Source: a virus
DNA length: 64,000 nt
Strand: one strand, 5' to 3'
Virus record (IMG/VR): IMGVR_UViG_3300048035_000135
Span: 31,864 to 95,863 of that record
Part shown: positions 29,126 to 39,976 of the stretch, in pieces
Layout of the letters: every line of letters begins with the position of its first letter
How positions within the stretch are numbered: position 1 is the stretch's first letter
Made by a program: the position numbers and the translations under genes
The notes under the pieces: model-generated
What the model was told of the DNA's origin: nothing
Seen by the model: the letters and a program-made list of their open reading frames with translations, nothing else
Database searches by the model: none

Positions 29126-31189
29126 TTATTTTGCGTATCCACCATAATTTACATTAGGGTCTTTTGGATTATTCGTTGGTTTTCCTGGAGGTTCGGTTGG
29201 GGTTTCATCAGGTAAAACATTATCTTGCTGTAACTGATTTTCATCCATTGATTGAGTATCAAAAGCTTCTCCAAAATTACCATCAACTAAAATATCAGGT
29301 TTATCTAACTTATTCCAAATGAATCTACCATCACCCATATCAGTAATAGTTGCAGTTCTACCACTCATTAAAGAACCAGTGCCTGGTGCTCCAAACGGGC
29401 CATCCATATCTAATCTAACCTTAACAGTTATATCTACATCACTTCTATTTTGAATAGCTGATGCTAGTTTACCAATTGCAACTAAATCACCATTTGGATT
29501 GTATAATCCAATTGTTGTAAAGTAGTTTCTGAAATCAGAACCTGTAACAAATGATTTTAGTATCGAACTATTAACATCATTGTTCTTTTTTAATGTTGGG
29601 TTTTGAGATACGTTAAATTCATTCTGACCAACTTCACATAATATGTTTACTTCATGTAGTTGTTTGGTTGATTTATATTTTGTTTGCCAACCATAGTTAG
29701 AACCTATTCCCTCTTGTCCACTTTGAATATTACCATAATCCCACGTACCAGTTTGCCCAGTCCAAACATATCTGTATTTTGGTCTTGGGTCTGATACTAC
29801 CATTATTCCGTGATTGTAAAATACTTCACCAACTACATTCGTTTGATATGCTGAACCAGTTAGGTAATCATTGTTTGATAATCCTTCAATTTCAGATTTA
29901 GTTAATCCCCTATTGTATATACGGAACTCATCCAATGAACCACTAAGTGAATTATGACTTGATAATACATCAAATCCACCTGGTAAGGTTTTACTACCTA
30001 ACAAAATATCATATTCGTTGGATATACCTCTGAGTGTTATAGAACCACTATCATCAGTTGGTAACGAACCCGTTACTTCTTTAACACCATCAACCCATAG
30101 TTCCATATGAGAACCTGTTTTGTTAAAACATATATGATGTGCCGTATTATCATTTATTTTGGTTGTTGAATCTGTAATGATACTAGTGTTTCCGTTTGAT
30201 AAGGATATTCTAACTTTTCCGTTATTAGAACTTTGATTTTGGTTGTGAACTTCTATATCAAATGGAAATATTGGAGTTTCTCTATTTCTTCTAAACAGAG
30301 TTGGGTATGCATATCTATTTTCTCCAAACTCTTTGTTAGTACCCCTTTTAGATACTATTGAATTATAATTTTTCGAAACATCTTTTTGTTGTGTTGGTAA
30401 AACTGCCCATATTGATACTGAGTAATCTGATGTTGCGAAGAAGTTATAATTTTTGTTATGGTCTATTCTAATATAAGAATCAGAACCATTGAATGTTGCT
30501 TTAGTTCCAGATGGTAATTGGAAATCGCCTGTTGTTTTTATACCATCTGTATATGATATATTACTTCCATATGCGTGATGAATATAACCACTCCTATCTT
30601 CTATTATTTTATCAAGCTTAGTAGTTCTATTTACAACCTCATCATTGAATCCCCAATAACCAACCAAATTTCCAAATGGAACATATGAACCAGTATCCAA
30701 TCCATCATCATATAAATGGCCGTGAAACTCATCAACTTTTTTATCTTTTATAATTATGGAATCACAATTAGATGAGGTCATAGAAAAATCTATAACTTCA
30801 ATTGTATTACATCTTATACCATCACCTAATCTGTTTTGAGGAATAGAGAATATAGATGCGGATGCGTATAAATCTCTTTCAGCTCTAGGTCTATGTTTAA
30901 AAAACATTTGGTTAAGGCTTGACCATACAACCTTTTGATGTTTTATTTTTAAAAAATCTGTATTGGAAGAATCAGAGTTATCAATCTGGTCAATTTCTCT
31001 GTACGCTGGTAAACTTATTGATTCCGAAACATTTATTTTTTCACCAAAGTTTGGGGATATACCTTTTATTACGGATGTCTGATATGAATCTGTTCGTTGA
31101 TTTATATCAGTAACTACCCATCTTTTATAGGTGTTGAATGGTCTTAGTTGTATGCCACCCCCATTGATTGGTTTGTAAGCTGTTGCCAT
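29126..31189 (-). CDS. Virion structural protein with LamG/ConA-like domain
   Basis: FNGSDSYI, SVSIW, HHICF, LWVDG, GSLDEFRIYNRGL; C-terminal YFTTIGLYN..GDLVAIGKL. Confidence 0.8.
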   Translation of the reverse strand: MATAYKPINGGGIQLRPFNTYKRWVVTDINQRTDSYQTSVIKGISPNFGEKINVSESISLPAYREIDQIDNSDSSNTDFLKIKHQKVVWSSLNQMFFKHRPRAERDLYASASIFSIPQNRLGDGIRCNTIEVIDFSMTSSNCDSIIIKDKKVDEFHGHLYDDGLDTGSYVPFGNLVGYWGFNDEVVNRTTKLDKIIEDRSGYIHHAYGSNISYTDGIKTTGDFQLPSGTKATFNGSDSYIRIDHNKNYNFFATSDYSVSIWAVLPTQQKDVSKNYNSIVSKRGTNKEFGENRYAYPTLFRRNRETPIFPFDIEVHNQNQSSNNGKVRISLSNGNTSIITDSTTKINDNTAHHICFNKTGSHMELWVDGVKEVTGSLPTDDSGSITLRGISNEYDILLGSKTLPGGFDVLSSHNSLSGSLDEFRIYNRGLTKSEIEGLSNNDYLTGSAYQTNVVGEVFYNHGIMVVSDPRPKYRYVWTGQTGTWDYGNIQSGQEGIGSNYGWQTKYKSTKQLHEVNILCEVGQNEFNVSQNPTLKKNNDVNSSILKSFVTGSDFRNYFTTIGLYNPNGDLVAIGKLASAIQNRSDVDITVKVRLDMDGPFGAPGTGSLMSGRTATITDMGDGRFIWNKLDKPDILVDGNFGEAFDTQSMDENQLQQDNVLPDETPTEPPGKPTNNPKDPNVNYGGYAK

Positions 31190-31219
31190 GCGTGTTCATT
31201 ATCGTTCTTAAAATATTAT

Positions 31220-32278
31220 TTAAAAGTCTAACTTAACTTTCACCAATACTTCATTTGAAAATGATTTTAGAATTGGTTTAGATAACTTAGCCACTGCTAA
31301 TAGTTGTTGTGTACTATTATACAATCCAACAGTTGTAATGTACGATTTAGGATTGTTAGCAAATGTTGGTTGTCTAAACGAACCATTCGAACCTGTTACA
31401 TATGATGGATTATTTGAGAAATTATACTCACCATTTTTAGCTCTTACGAAATAGAATGTTGATTGTACTCTTTCTTCGTTTCTTGCTGCAAATCCGTTGT
31501 TTGCGTTAATTACAGCTGCTCCACTAATAGATGTGAATAATCTAAATGCGTTATCACCATCTGTGTTTGAAGTTTTAACAGTACCAAAATTAAGTTGTGC
31601 TAAATCTAACTTATCTGCGTTTAGGATAATAACACCCTGCTCAGGATATACAGAACCATACTCAATAGCTGAATTGAAAACTCCGTTTAGGATTGAACCT
31701 GAAACTAAGCTATATACTCTACCAATTTGTGTTGCTGCTTGTTGAGTATCACCACTATTATCAATTAATGAGATTACTAAGTCATCACCATGTATTGCTG
31801 GAGTTGATGCTCCTGTTAGTTTAGCTAAGTGAAGTTCAAAGTTACCAGGGTCAAGTCTATCTTTCAACCTAGCTCTGTTCATATTGATTGCGTAAATCTG
31901 CTGAGTTGTTGTGTTATTAAACTTAAATACTCTTTGATTATCTGGAAGTAGGATTTGTGCGTACTGAGAATAGATAGCATTAGATGGAGAATCTTCATTC
32001 TGACCTAATGAACCACTACCTTGATTGTGTCCGTATGTTACTGAAAACTGAGATTCTGATGTAGCATCAGTTGATATCTTATTGAAAATCTCATAATAAT
32101 ATTGTTTCTGAGTATCTGATTGTGCCGAAGATGTAAAGAACGTAGTTAATGTACCTACATTACCACTCCATAGACCTCTGGTCACTTTTTCTACACCACC
32201 CTCAACAACATCTCCTACTTTTAATGCCGTATAAACTCTCTTTGATGTATTAAACGAACCTGCTGGTAAAATTGCCAT
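31220..32278 (-). CDS. Virion structural protein (baseplate/fibre attachment)
   Basis: C-terminal YITTVGLYN...LLAVAKLSKPI, paralogous to the C-terminal region of 29126..31189. Confidence 0.7.
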   Translation of the reverse strand: MAILPAGSFNTSKRVYTALKVGDVVEGGVEKVTRGLWSGNVGTLTTFFTSSAQSDTQKQYYYEIFNKISTDATSESQFSVTYGHNQGSGSLGQNEDSPSNAIYSQYAQILLPDNQRVFKFNNTTTQQIYAINMNRARLKDRLDPGNFELHLAKLTGASTPAIHGDDLVISLIDNSGDTQQAATQIGRVYSLVSGSILNGVFNSAIEYGSVYPEQGVIILNADKLDLAQLNFGTVKTSNTDGDNAFRLFTSISGAAVINANNGFAARNEERVQSTFYFVRAKNGEYNFSNNPSYVTGSNGSFRQPTFANNPKSYITTVGLYNSTQQLLAVAKLSKPILKSFSNEVLVKVKLDF

Positions 32279-32302
32279 ATCTTATTCCCTTTTAAATTAT
32301 CC

Positions 32303-32965
32303 TTATAATGTTGAATCTAATGTGTTACCTACTGAAATATCAGGATTGTTAGTAACAGTTAAATCAATTTCCGTACGTCCACCCGTTTCATTTCCAATAA
32401 CAAATATCTTCGTTGATATATCAGTATTATCTGCTAATACTTTTGTTGTAATTGTAAATCGGCTATTTGTACTAACCGTAACACTTCTTCTATCTTCGTT
32501 AGCGCCAACAGTATCTGAATTATTTGCGATACCACTTCCATCACCAACGATACTTGCTGCATCTGAGTTAAGTAATGTAACAGTGTATCCTAATGTATCG
32601 TTACCACCATTCTTAGTAGTAAGAGTTACAGTTTGTTGTTGTCCACCTTCTTCTAAACTTATTTCGTTAGGGTTAGATTGAATAATAGGGATTCTAATAG
32701 TGTTTTTTGGAAGTGTTAACAACTTATATCTTAATGAGTAATTCTCATCTGTTACTGCCTCTACTATCGGCATGTTTTCAATTATGATTCCATAATAGTC
32801 TGAACCTAGCGGATGTGCTGGATTCCATAGTTCGTAATCTACTTCATCATCTGCCAATGCGAATTGACTGATTACAAAGAAGTCTCTACCTTTTGCCAAT
32901 AACTCTCTACCCTTTTTCGTAAGAATAGCGTCTACTGTTATTGATGAATTATCTAAATATCCCAT
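32303..32965 (-). CDS. Virion structural protein
   Basis: MGYLDN...DAILTKKGRELLA...FALADDEVDY; SD and ATATTTATA upstream. Confidence 0.7.
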   Translation of the reverse strand: MGYLDNSSITVDAILTKKGRELLAKGRDFFVISQFALADDEVDYELWNPAHPLGSDYYGIIIENMPIVEAVTDENYSLRYKLLTLPKNTIRIPIIQSNPNEISLEEGGQQQTVTLTTKNGGNDTLGYTVTLLNSDAASIVGDGSGIANNSDTVGANEDRRSVTVSTNSRFTITTKVLADNTDISTKIFVIGNETGGRTEIDLTVTNNPDISVGNTLDSTL

Positions 32966-33044
32966 ATTATTGCCCTTTTACAATTTTGTTTTCTTATATA
33001 AATATTAAAAAAAATATTTTTACACTAACTTTTATAATTTTCTA

Positions 33045-34151
33045 TTATCTGCCACGCTTTCTATCATCTTTATCCATCTTAACAATGAAATCATCTTCAC
33101 CATTACGATTGTTCATAGATTGTCTTAATACTTCTAAAACCTCTCTTTTTTGTTCATAGTTTTCAAAAGGTGATTCTTGCTTTGGTTTGATTAACAAGTC
33201 CGTTGATTTAGATGATGTATCTGAATCAAAATCTGATTCATTACTTTCTACTATATCTCTATGTGGAACAATTGGTCTACCCATACGGATTTCCATTTCA
33301 TTCGCTTCTTTAATAATTTTTTGAACTTCATTCAAACCATCTATTTCAGGATTTCTATCTTTCTTCTCCTGTTGTTCTATAATTATCTCTTCTTCTAAAA
33401 AAGTAGAAACATTTCTTGCCGTTTTTGTACTTGTAACCATTTTGATTTCTTTTTGCTTTCGAATCTTTTCCCCTTCAACACGCTTAACCATATTTAGTTT
33501 TAGCTTTTCTTTTCGTTCTTTAACTTCTTTGGCTTTCTGTTTTACTTCTTCTTTTCTTTTTTCTATATCAGAATCTTTTATATTTTTTTCACCAACGATT
33601 TCTGGATACTTTTCTTTAAGATACAAATCAAATTCTAACTTCATTTGTTCTAATTCTTTTTTGAAAGTTTCTCTTCTTTCAATCTCATCGTTAAAAGCTT
33701 CTTGAATCTTTCTGAATCGTTCATCTTCAATTGCTCTTCTTTCCTTTTCCTCTATTAAGATTCTACGTCTATCTTCTTCGTTAAAATCTTTTGTATCTGG
33801 AACTGGGTCTGCTATAATCTCTGCTACCTTTGGATTTTTTATAGCATTAATTATTGATTCGGCGTTACCATCATCAATAGTAGATATCGGTTTTACTAAA
33901 TCAATTAATTCCTTTGTACTAGCTTTATCATTAGAATCAATTACTTTGTTATCTTCTAAAACCTTTCCAGTCTTTACTATCTCTTCAGGTTGTTTTATTA
34001 TCTCTGAAATCTTAGTTGATTCTTCTTTAGGAGCTTTAGGTGCTTTTATTAGAGGTTTAGACAAACGTTCATTCAATCTATTTTCAATTAGATTGTTTAA
34101 TCTGCTCGAATCCCTTCTATCTCTAAATCTTATGTTTCTTCTTACTGCCAT
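33045..34151 (-). CDS. Highly charged coiled-coil hypothetical protein
   Basis: K/E/R-rich 368 aa ORF in the structural operon. Confidence 0.7.
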   Translation of the reverse strand: MAVRRNIRFRDRRDSSRLNNLIENRLNERLSKPLIKAPKAPKEESTKISEIIKQPEEIVKTGKVLEDNKVIDSNDKASTKELIDLVKPISTIDDGNAESIINAIKNPKVAEIIADPVPDTKDFNEEDRRRILIEEKERRAIEDERFRKIQEAFNDEIERRETFKKELEQMKLEFDLYLKEKYPEIVGEKNIKDSDIEKRKEEVKQKAKEVKERKEKLKLNMVKRVEGEKIRKQKEIKMVTSTKTARNVSTFLEEEIIIEQQEKKDRNPEIDGLNEVQKIIKEANEMEIRMGRPIVPHRDIVESNESDFDSDTSSKSTDLLIKPKQESPFENYEQKREVLEVLRQSMNNRNGEDDFIVKMDKDDRKRGR

Positions 34152-34154
34152 TTT

Positions 34155-37100
34155 TTATGAACCATTTTTAATATCAAATTCTTTTCTTCTAACCAATTCT
34201 GCTTCACGTAATTGTAATTCTTTTTTGTATCTTAAATCAAACTCATCCGCTCTCGCATCTTCAATCTCAATCATCTTCTCTACTTTACGTCTAAATTCTC
34301 TAAGTTCTCTTCGATACTCTTGTAGTAGTTTCCAATAAATATCATCGTTAACAACTAATTCGGCAGTATCTAATACATCCAACCCGGTTGCCGTATCCAC
34401 ATCTAAGTTTCCTTCAGCTGCAGTTTCCGATGTGTATATTAATACATTAGGGTCTGCTTTGAATATTTCAATTACAGGTTTACCATCAGGTGTATCTGGA
34501 GAATTTGTGGTTAAAGAATCAGAAGTCATCTTACAACCTAAGTATCTTAAATTTTCAACCGCTAAAGGTAAACTATCAGTTGATACTTCAGCTGGTATTA
34601 ATGATGATGAGTTTGGAAGATTCATAGATGCCGATGCTGCTGATGAGTAGAATAACTTTTTCTTTCTAGCATACTTAGATGGTGTACTACCAGTTACCGA
34701 TGTTCCAATAACTCTATAATTCCAATATCCATTTGAACCTGTCGCCCAATTTAATCCATAACCAACATTCTCCCCATCTTTGTAATTTAAAATCACATAT
34801 CTGTATTTAGATGGTTCGTGCATATCACCTAATTTTGGATTACCAACATCTTCTACATCATCTTTTTGAGATGTTATAACAAAAAGGTTTCTTAGATTTA
34901 CAGTATCTTCATAACCTAATGTTTCAGCTTCCATTGAGTATGATTGAGAAATCTCCCCCTCATACAATATATTTTCAGCTGATACACTATATGAATTTGT
35001 AATCTCTGTTTCAAACAAATGATTCGATGCACTTATAGGTCTATTCATAGTAGCAATATGTGCATCATACATAGGTCTTGTCTGAGTTACCTTAGTTAAC
35101 GATTTAGCTTTCGGTCTTTCTAAGATATGTGGTTCAATTAAAATACCTGAGTTGTAATCAACTCTAGCGGGCATAGTTTGTCTGATTTGTTCAAATACCG
35201 ACATATCGTATTTAGCAAGAATATCAATCGTATTATTAATTAAGTTTTTGTTTGAGTATTTTTTAAATACCTGTCTACGAACATAATCTAATTCTTCATT
35301 TTGTTCGGTGTATCCACTTCTTTGGTCTGGATTACCAATGTAATCATCAATATCAAAATATCCCGTATGATTTATAATATCATCGTTGTACATTTTAGTA
35401 GCCGCTAAGTAAACACCCACTACATTAGAATCTACTGGCGCTGAATCATATTGTGATTTTTCTTTTCTTTCTTCCGAATCTAATATTCCTGTAAGTTCGT
35501 TCTTTTCAACTCTAACTTTATTGTTAAGAATGTTGTTAGCACCAGCTGATGGTACTTTTGTATAATATTCTTCTGTTACACCAATCAAATCATCATTTTC
35601 AAAATTGAATAACGATGCCGTTAATGGGTATCCTAATTGAGTAGTTGATACTTTTTGATTAGGATGTTGTGATAGGTGTGAATCAGGATTATTAATTGTT
35701 TTTAAATTAGAATCAGGTAAGAATCTAAACTTTAAATCAAAGTAAGATGATGTTACCGAATTACCATGATAAGATTCTCTTGATAAAGTATGTTCATCGA
35801 TAACGATATCTTTAAGTGTATTTGCCCAATATCTTATTTCTTGAATAGAACCACTCATTGTATTTGTATCAGCCCATAATGATGGAGCTCCACTTATTGT
35901 TCCAAACGCTTTACCAAATTGTACATCTCCACTACCAGTCCAAGCTGCGTTATAAGATGATTCCGTTGAACCATCAATTGAAATACTAGCTGAACGGCTT
36001 ACTGTAATTCTATCTTTTTTACTTCTTCTGTATTGAAGTTTATAACCATTATCCGAAGTAATATCATTTACTGATTTATCTCTTTCAACTATTAATGTAC
36101 TCATTTTAGAATCAAAGATAGGTACATCTAATATTGATGCCGATTTGTATCCATTACTACCACTTAGGTAAAAGTGTATATTACCAGTCGTACTATCAAA
36201 ATCATTATCATTAGCAGATTCGAACAATACTGCGAAATCACTACCCTTACGAATAACGGCAGTATCTCTGTTTAAGTTTTGTTGAACTTGTAACTCTATA
36301 ACATCAATTGGGTTTGGTCCACCCACATTGATTGTAATATTACCACCCATACCACTATGATTAGTACAATAGTATTTTAAAGCAGGAGTTGAGTTTGATA
36401 CTACAATTTGAACATATGCCCCCATCTGTCCTTGAGTTCCAACTGTAGTAACATCCGTTGTATAAGATGAATTATCGGATGCTTTTTGGAATCTAAATGG
36501 GTGTGAACCATTTGATGAATCACTTACATCAAATTTATATGTGTTTCCTGCATCTAATATTAAGGTTGGTTGTGATACATTATCAATTTCATATACCCCA
36601 CCGTCTACTTTAACAACTTTAGTTATCGTTGAACCATCGCCAGGAGTATTACTATCAATTTCATAAGTTACAGGATTTATATCTGATATGTTATCCCAAG
36701 GAACTTCAATGTAATTATTATTATCCATTCGTAAATGGTAAACGAATCTATCGTGTTCCCAATAAGGTCTTACATCATGTTCGATTACAGGCCCACCATA
36801 TTCTCTAATTGATAAAAACGTAGAAGGAATACCATATGTAGCAATCAATGCTTTAACTGCTCTAGCTGAACCTTTTGTTTTTAGAAGGTATGGGATGTTG
36901 TTTACAATCCTTCTCCATACTTCATAGTTAATTTGTTCGTGTGATTTAGATGGTAACGAACCACTATTAGGTACATTACCAAATTTATCAGTTCCCAATC
37001 CGAACTCCCAAAGGTTAGATGTATCTTTACCATGTGTTAATTTCCAACCCATAGATTTAGCTACATCATAAAGAAGTTCGTTTGGCATACCATCATAAGG

Positions 37101-38927
37101 ATGCTCTTCCCTTTCATTGATGGATGTTAATGCGTTTATATAAGACCAACTAATATCAAAGTGATGCCCAATCATATCTACGAATAAAACATATTCTGCG
37201 TTTAACGGGTCCTCTACGATTGAGGCAGGTACTACTTTTGTTAATCTTGCATCATTTAGTGCGTCGTGAATACTAGCCGAATCTATTAAACCATTATAAG
37301 CTTTAATGGCTTGTGATGAGGTTACACTATATAATTTGTTTGGATATACAGATTGTTTTGGCCAAGGTTCTATAGCGTAGTTGGATGAACTATAATGAGT
37401 ATAAAGTGAACCAGTTGATTCCTGATACATCCATCGTTCCCAACCATCAAACCCACTTATCACACTATTTTTACGATTAGTAGTTTGAGTTATATTTGTT
37501 TCTGCATCCGAACCACTAACTGATGATAGTGTAGATATTCTCTTATCATACGATTCAATAAGCTCTAATTTATATCTTAAATTATTAACCCTCTCAACAG
37601 CCGATGAATATTTAACAAAACTTTTGAAATGAGTGTAATCTAAGTTCAATGGTATAGTACCAAACGAACCACTAATGTATTTATCTACTATTTGTTGAGA
37701 TGTTGATAGATTTGCATCTAATAAATCATTCCAACTTTTTAAATCAGTACCTTGTGATTTTCCATAATTACCTAAATCAATTTTGAAGTTAGGTGCAGAA
37801 AAGTTTGGTTGTTCTTCTGCTTTTTCAAAATCATATACCAATACTCTTTCAATATAAGATTCTCTTTTTATTTCATCAATCTGACAATTGTATGGAGATA
37901 ATCCATCTGGTAGAGGTTTATATAATTTAACTATTACATTTTTTAATTCTGATAATAATAAGTTAGAATTGTAGTATCTTACTTTAGTAGATTTTTGTAT
38001 AGTTGACCGCCTCTTTGTATAGTTACTTCTAGGTTCTTGATTGAAGTATGGTCCAGGTGGTAAATCTACTCTTCTATCTTCTGGAATTGTATTTGTTGCT
38101 ATACCAGTGTGGTAGTAATAATCTACATCACCATTACCATCCTTTTCTAACTCATATTGTACACTACCATCTTCTTGTCTTACTAAGTTTGCCTTAGCAG
38201 CTCTACCAGTAGAATAATATACTGGGGAGTTACTAAATGCTGGTCCGAATGGATTGGGTTTCTTAGCCTCAAAAAATTCAATCCAAAGGTTATCATCTCT
38301 TTGGTCGCCAGATGGTGAGAAGAATGTAGTTTCACCTGCTTGTGTATCTCTTGGATGTGGTATATTAGGTGTTGCCTCTCCAACTCTTGGATTGTTAGAA
38401 AAGTCCATATCGGATATCATTGATATGTTGTTATTACCAAAGTTTAATCCTAAGTTTAATTTTTTATCAACTGATTGTTGATTTAACATATACAGATTAT
38501 CTAATATGCTAGTACCATTTGGATTTTCTAATTCTAACTCTATCTCAGTACCATCCGCACTAATATTTTTTACCTTTAGTGATGGGGATACGCTTTGTAC
38601 AAAGTTGTAAACTATACTGTAATATCCTGATTCTAACTCTGTATTTCTTACATCCTTTTCAGGTTGTATTAGGATATCTACATCAACATCATCTGCAGAT
38701 GTATTTAATGCATAATTTAAAACTCCTGCATCTTCAGAGCTCATCAACTTATCTGCGGAGTAAATATGTGTTTCCAATCTACATCCAGCTGAGAAGTTGT
38801 TCATTTGAAGTTTAACCAAATCATATTTTAGATTAGCATAATCTTCTAATGAATATGTTAAGACACTTTCAACAGGCACCTTTGAGGAAACCACTATATC
38901 TTTATTTTGAAATCTATCTATTGCCAT
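34155..38927 (-). CDS. Large baseplate wedge-like protein with inserted cupredoxin-like domain
   Basis: PYLLKTKGSARAVKALIATYG wedge-type motif; HPF...YYCTNHSGM insert. Confidence 0.7.
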   Translation of the reverse strand: MAIDRFQNKDIVVSSKVPVESVLTYSLEDYANLKYDLVKLQMNNFSAGCRLETHIYSADKLMSSEDAGVLNYALNTSADDVDVDILIQPEKDVRNTELESGYYSIVYNFVQSVSPSLKVKNISADGTEIELELENPNGTSILDNLYMLNQQSVDKKLNLGLNFGNNNISMISDMDFSNNPRVGEATPNIPHPRDTQAGETTFFSPSGDQRDDNLWIEFFEAKKPNPFGPAFSNSPVYYSTGRAAKANLVRQEDGSVQYELEKDGNGDVDYYYHTGIATNTIPEDRRVDLPPGPYFNQEPRSNYTKRRSTIQKSTKVRYYNSNLLLSELKNVIVKLYKPLPDGLSPYNCQIDEIKRESYIERVLVYDFEKAEEQPNFSAPNFKIDLGNYGKSQGTDLKSWNDLLDANLSTSQQIVDKYISGSFGTIPLNLDYTHFKSFVKYSSAVERVNNLRYKLELIESYDKRISTLSSVSGSDAETNITQTTNRKNSVISGFDGWERWMYQESTGSLYTHYSSSNYAIEPWPKQSVYPNKLYSVTSSQAIKAYNGLIDSASIHDALNDARLTKVVPASIVEDPLNAEYVLFVDMIGHHFDISWSYINALTSINEREEHPYDGMPNELLYDVAKSMGWKLTHGKDTSNLWEFGLGTDKFGNVPNSGSLPSKSHEQINYEVWRRIVNNIPYLLKTKGSARAVKALIATYGIPSTFLSIREYGGPVIEHDVRPYWEHDRFVYHLRMDNNNYIEVPWDNISDINPVTYEIDSNTPGDGSTITKVVKVDGGVYEIDNVSQPTLILDAGNTYKFDVSDSSNGSHPFRFQKASDNSSYTTDVTTVGTQGQMGAYVQIVVSNSTPALKYYCTNHSGMGGNITINVGGPNPIDVIELQVQQNLNRDTAVIRKGSDFAVLFESANDNDFDSTTGNIHFYLSGSNGYKSASILDVPIFDSKMSTLIVERDKSVNDITSDNGYKLQYRRSKKDRITVSRSASISIDGSTESSYNAAWTGSGDVQFGKAFGTISGAPSLWADTNTMSGSIQEIRYWANTLKDIVIDEHTLSRESYHGNSVTSSYFDLKFRFLPDSNLKTINNPDSHLSQHPNQKVSTTQLGYPLTASLFNFENDDLIGVTEEYYTKVPSAGANNILNNKVRVEKNELTGILDSEERKEKSQYDSAPVDSNVVGVYLAATKMYNDDIINHTGYFDIDDYIGNPDQRSGYTEQNEELDYVRRQVFKKYSNKNLINNTIDILAKYDMSVFEQIRQTMPARVDYNSGILIEPHILERPKAKSLTKVTQTRPMYDAHIATMNRPISASNHLFETEITNSYSVSAENILYEGEISQSYSMEAETLGYEDTVNLRNLFVITSQKDDVEDVGNPKLGDMHEPSKYRYVILNYKDGENVGYGLNWATGSNGYWNYRVIGTSVTGSTPSKYARKKKLFYSSAASASMNLPNSSSLIPAEVSTDSLPLAVENLRYLGCKMTSDSLTTNSPDTPDGKPVIEIFKADPNVLIYTSETAAEGNLDVDTATGLDVLDTAELVVNDDIYWKLLQEYRRELREFRRKVEKMIEIEDARADEFDLRYKKELQLREAELVRRKEFDIKNGS

Positions 38928-38938
38928 ATCCTAATCCG

Positions 38939-39976
38939 TTATCTACCTGCGCTACTACTTTCTGCTTCTGCTTGTTGGTTTGGTATAAATCCATTTGTTA
39001 TACTAGCACCACCAGTCGTACTATTTGGAACTGGTATTGGTGGTGTATCTTGAGTATATGCGATTACTTCAAAATATGATTTATCACCATACCAATAGAT
39101 TGGGTTTGTAGCCGATGCCGCAGCTTGAACATACCATAAATCATCTTCCTGCATAGTATTAGCTGCGTTCTCAACATCTAATTCAAATGTAAGGAATGGA
39201 TAATCGCCTGATGGTACTGAAAATTCAACTACATTATCAACTATTATATTACTACCTTGCATTGGTCTGTGAACTTGGTTACTTCGTACCTTTCTTCCAT
39301 TAACAATACTAATTCGTTCTCTAGTAAAGTAAAACTTAAACGTATGTGTCTCATTCTTTTCATTAGCTACACCAAAACTAGCTACCAGTTTTAAACTTCT
39401 TCCACTATCGATTAATTCTTTTGTAATTCTATATCCACCATTACTTTCCAACTGAGGTCCTCTTGATGCTTTATCCCAAGGAACAGGCCTGAACCCTTTT
39501 CCACCCATAGCATTGTCTTGATAATCGACCTGGCCGCTGGTGTACTCATTTTCAATAGGGAAGTAGTGAACATTTCCTGCCGCTGTTTTCTGCCTTCTCT
39601 TCCAAGGACCAGCATCAGTCATTTCATATAATCCACTAAACACATCTTCTTCTTCTACATCCACCGCTTGTCTTATGGATATTAATTGATTTGAATTACT
39701 AACTCTGTACATGTTAGCCTCATCTATAAAATTTTGATTTACTATTTCCAATGGAACATCTGGTAATGGGTTAACCAATTCATTAGATAATTGGTCTATG
39801 GTTCTATCATATTCAGTTCTATAGTATTTAGCCGTAATAGCAGGTACTTTGTGATACCCATAATCTTTATCAGAATCATCTGCCAAAGTATATGATATTA
39901 TTTGATTAGAACTATTACGTCTTATTTCACGTAATTGAATTTGTTCTTGCTCTGTTGTTATGTTTATATCTGCCAT
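38939..39976 (-). CDS. Hypothetical virion protein
   Basis: ORF in baseplate operon; TAATG coupling. Confidence 0.65.
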   Translation of the reverse strand: MADINITTEQEQIQLREIRRNSSNQIISYTLADDSDKDYGYHKVPAITAKYYRTEYDRTIDQLSNELVNPLPDVPLEIVNQNFIDEANMYRVSNSNQLISIRQAVDVEEEDVFSGLYEMTDAGPWKRRQKTAAGNVHYFPIENEYTSGQVDYQDNAMGGKGFRPVPWDKASRGPQLESNGGYRITKELIDSGRSLKLVASFGVANEKNETHTFKFYFTRERISIVNGRKVRSNQVHRPMQGSNIIVDNVVEFSVPSGDYPFLTFELDVENAANTMQEDDLWYVQAAASATNPIYWYGDKSYFEVIAYTQDTPPIPVPNSTTGGASITNGFIPNQQAEAESSSAGR

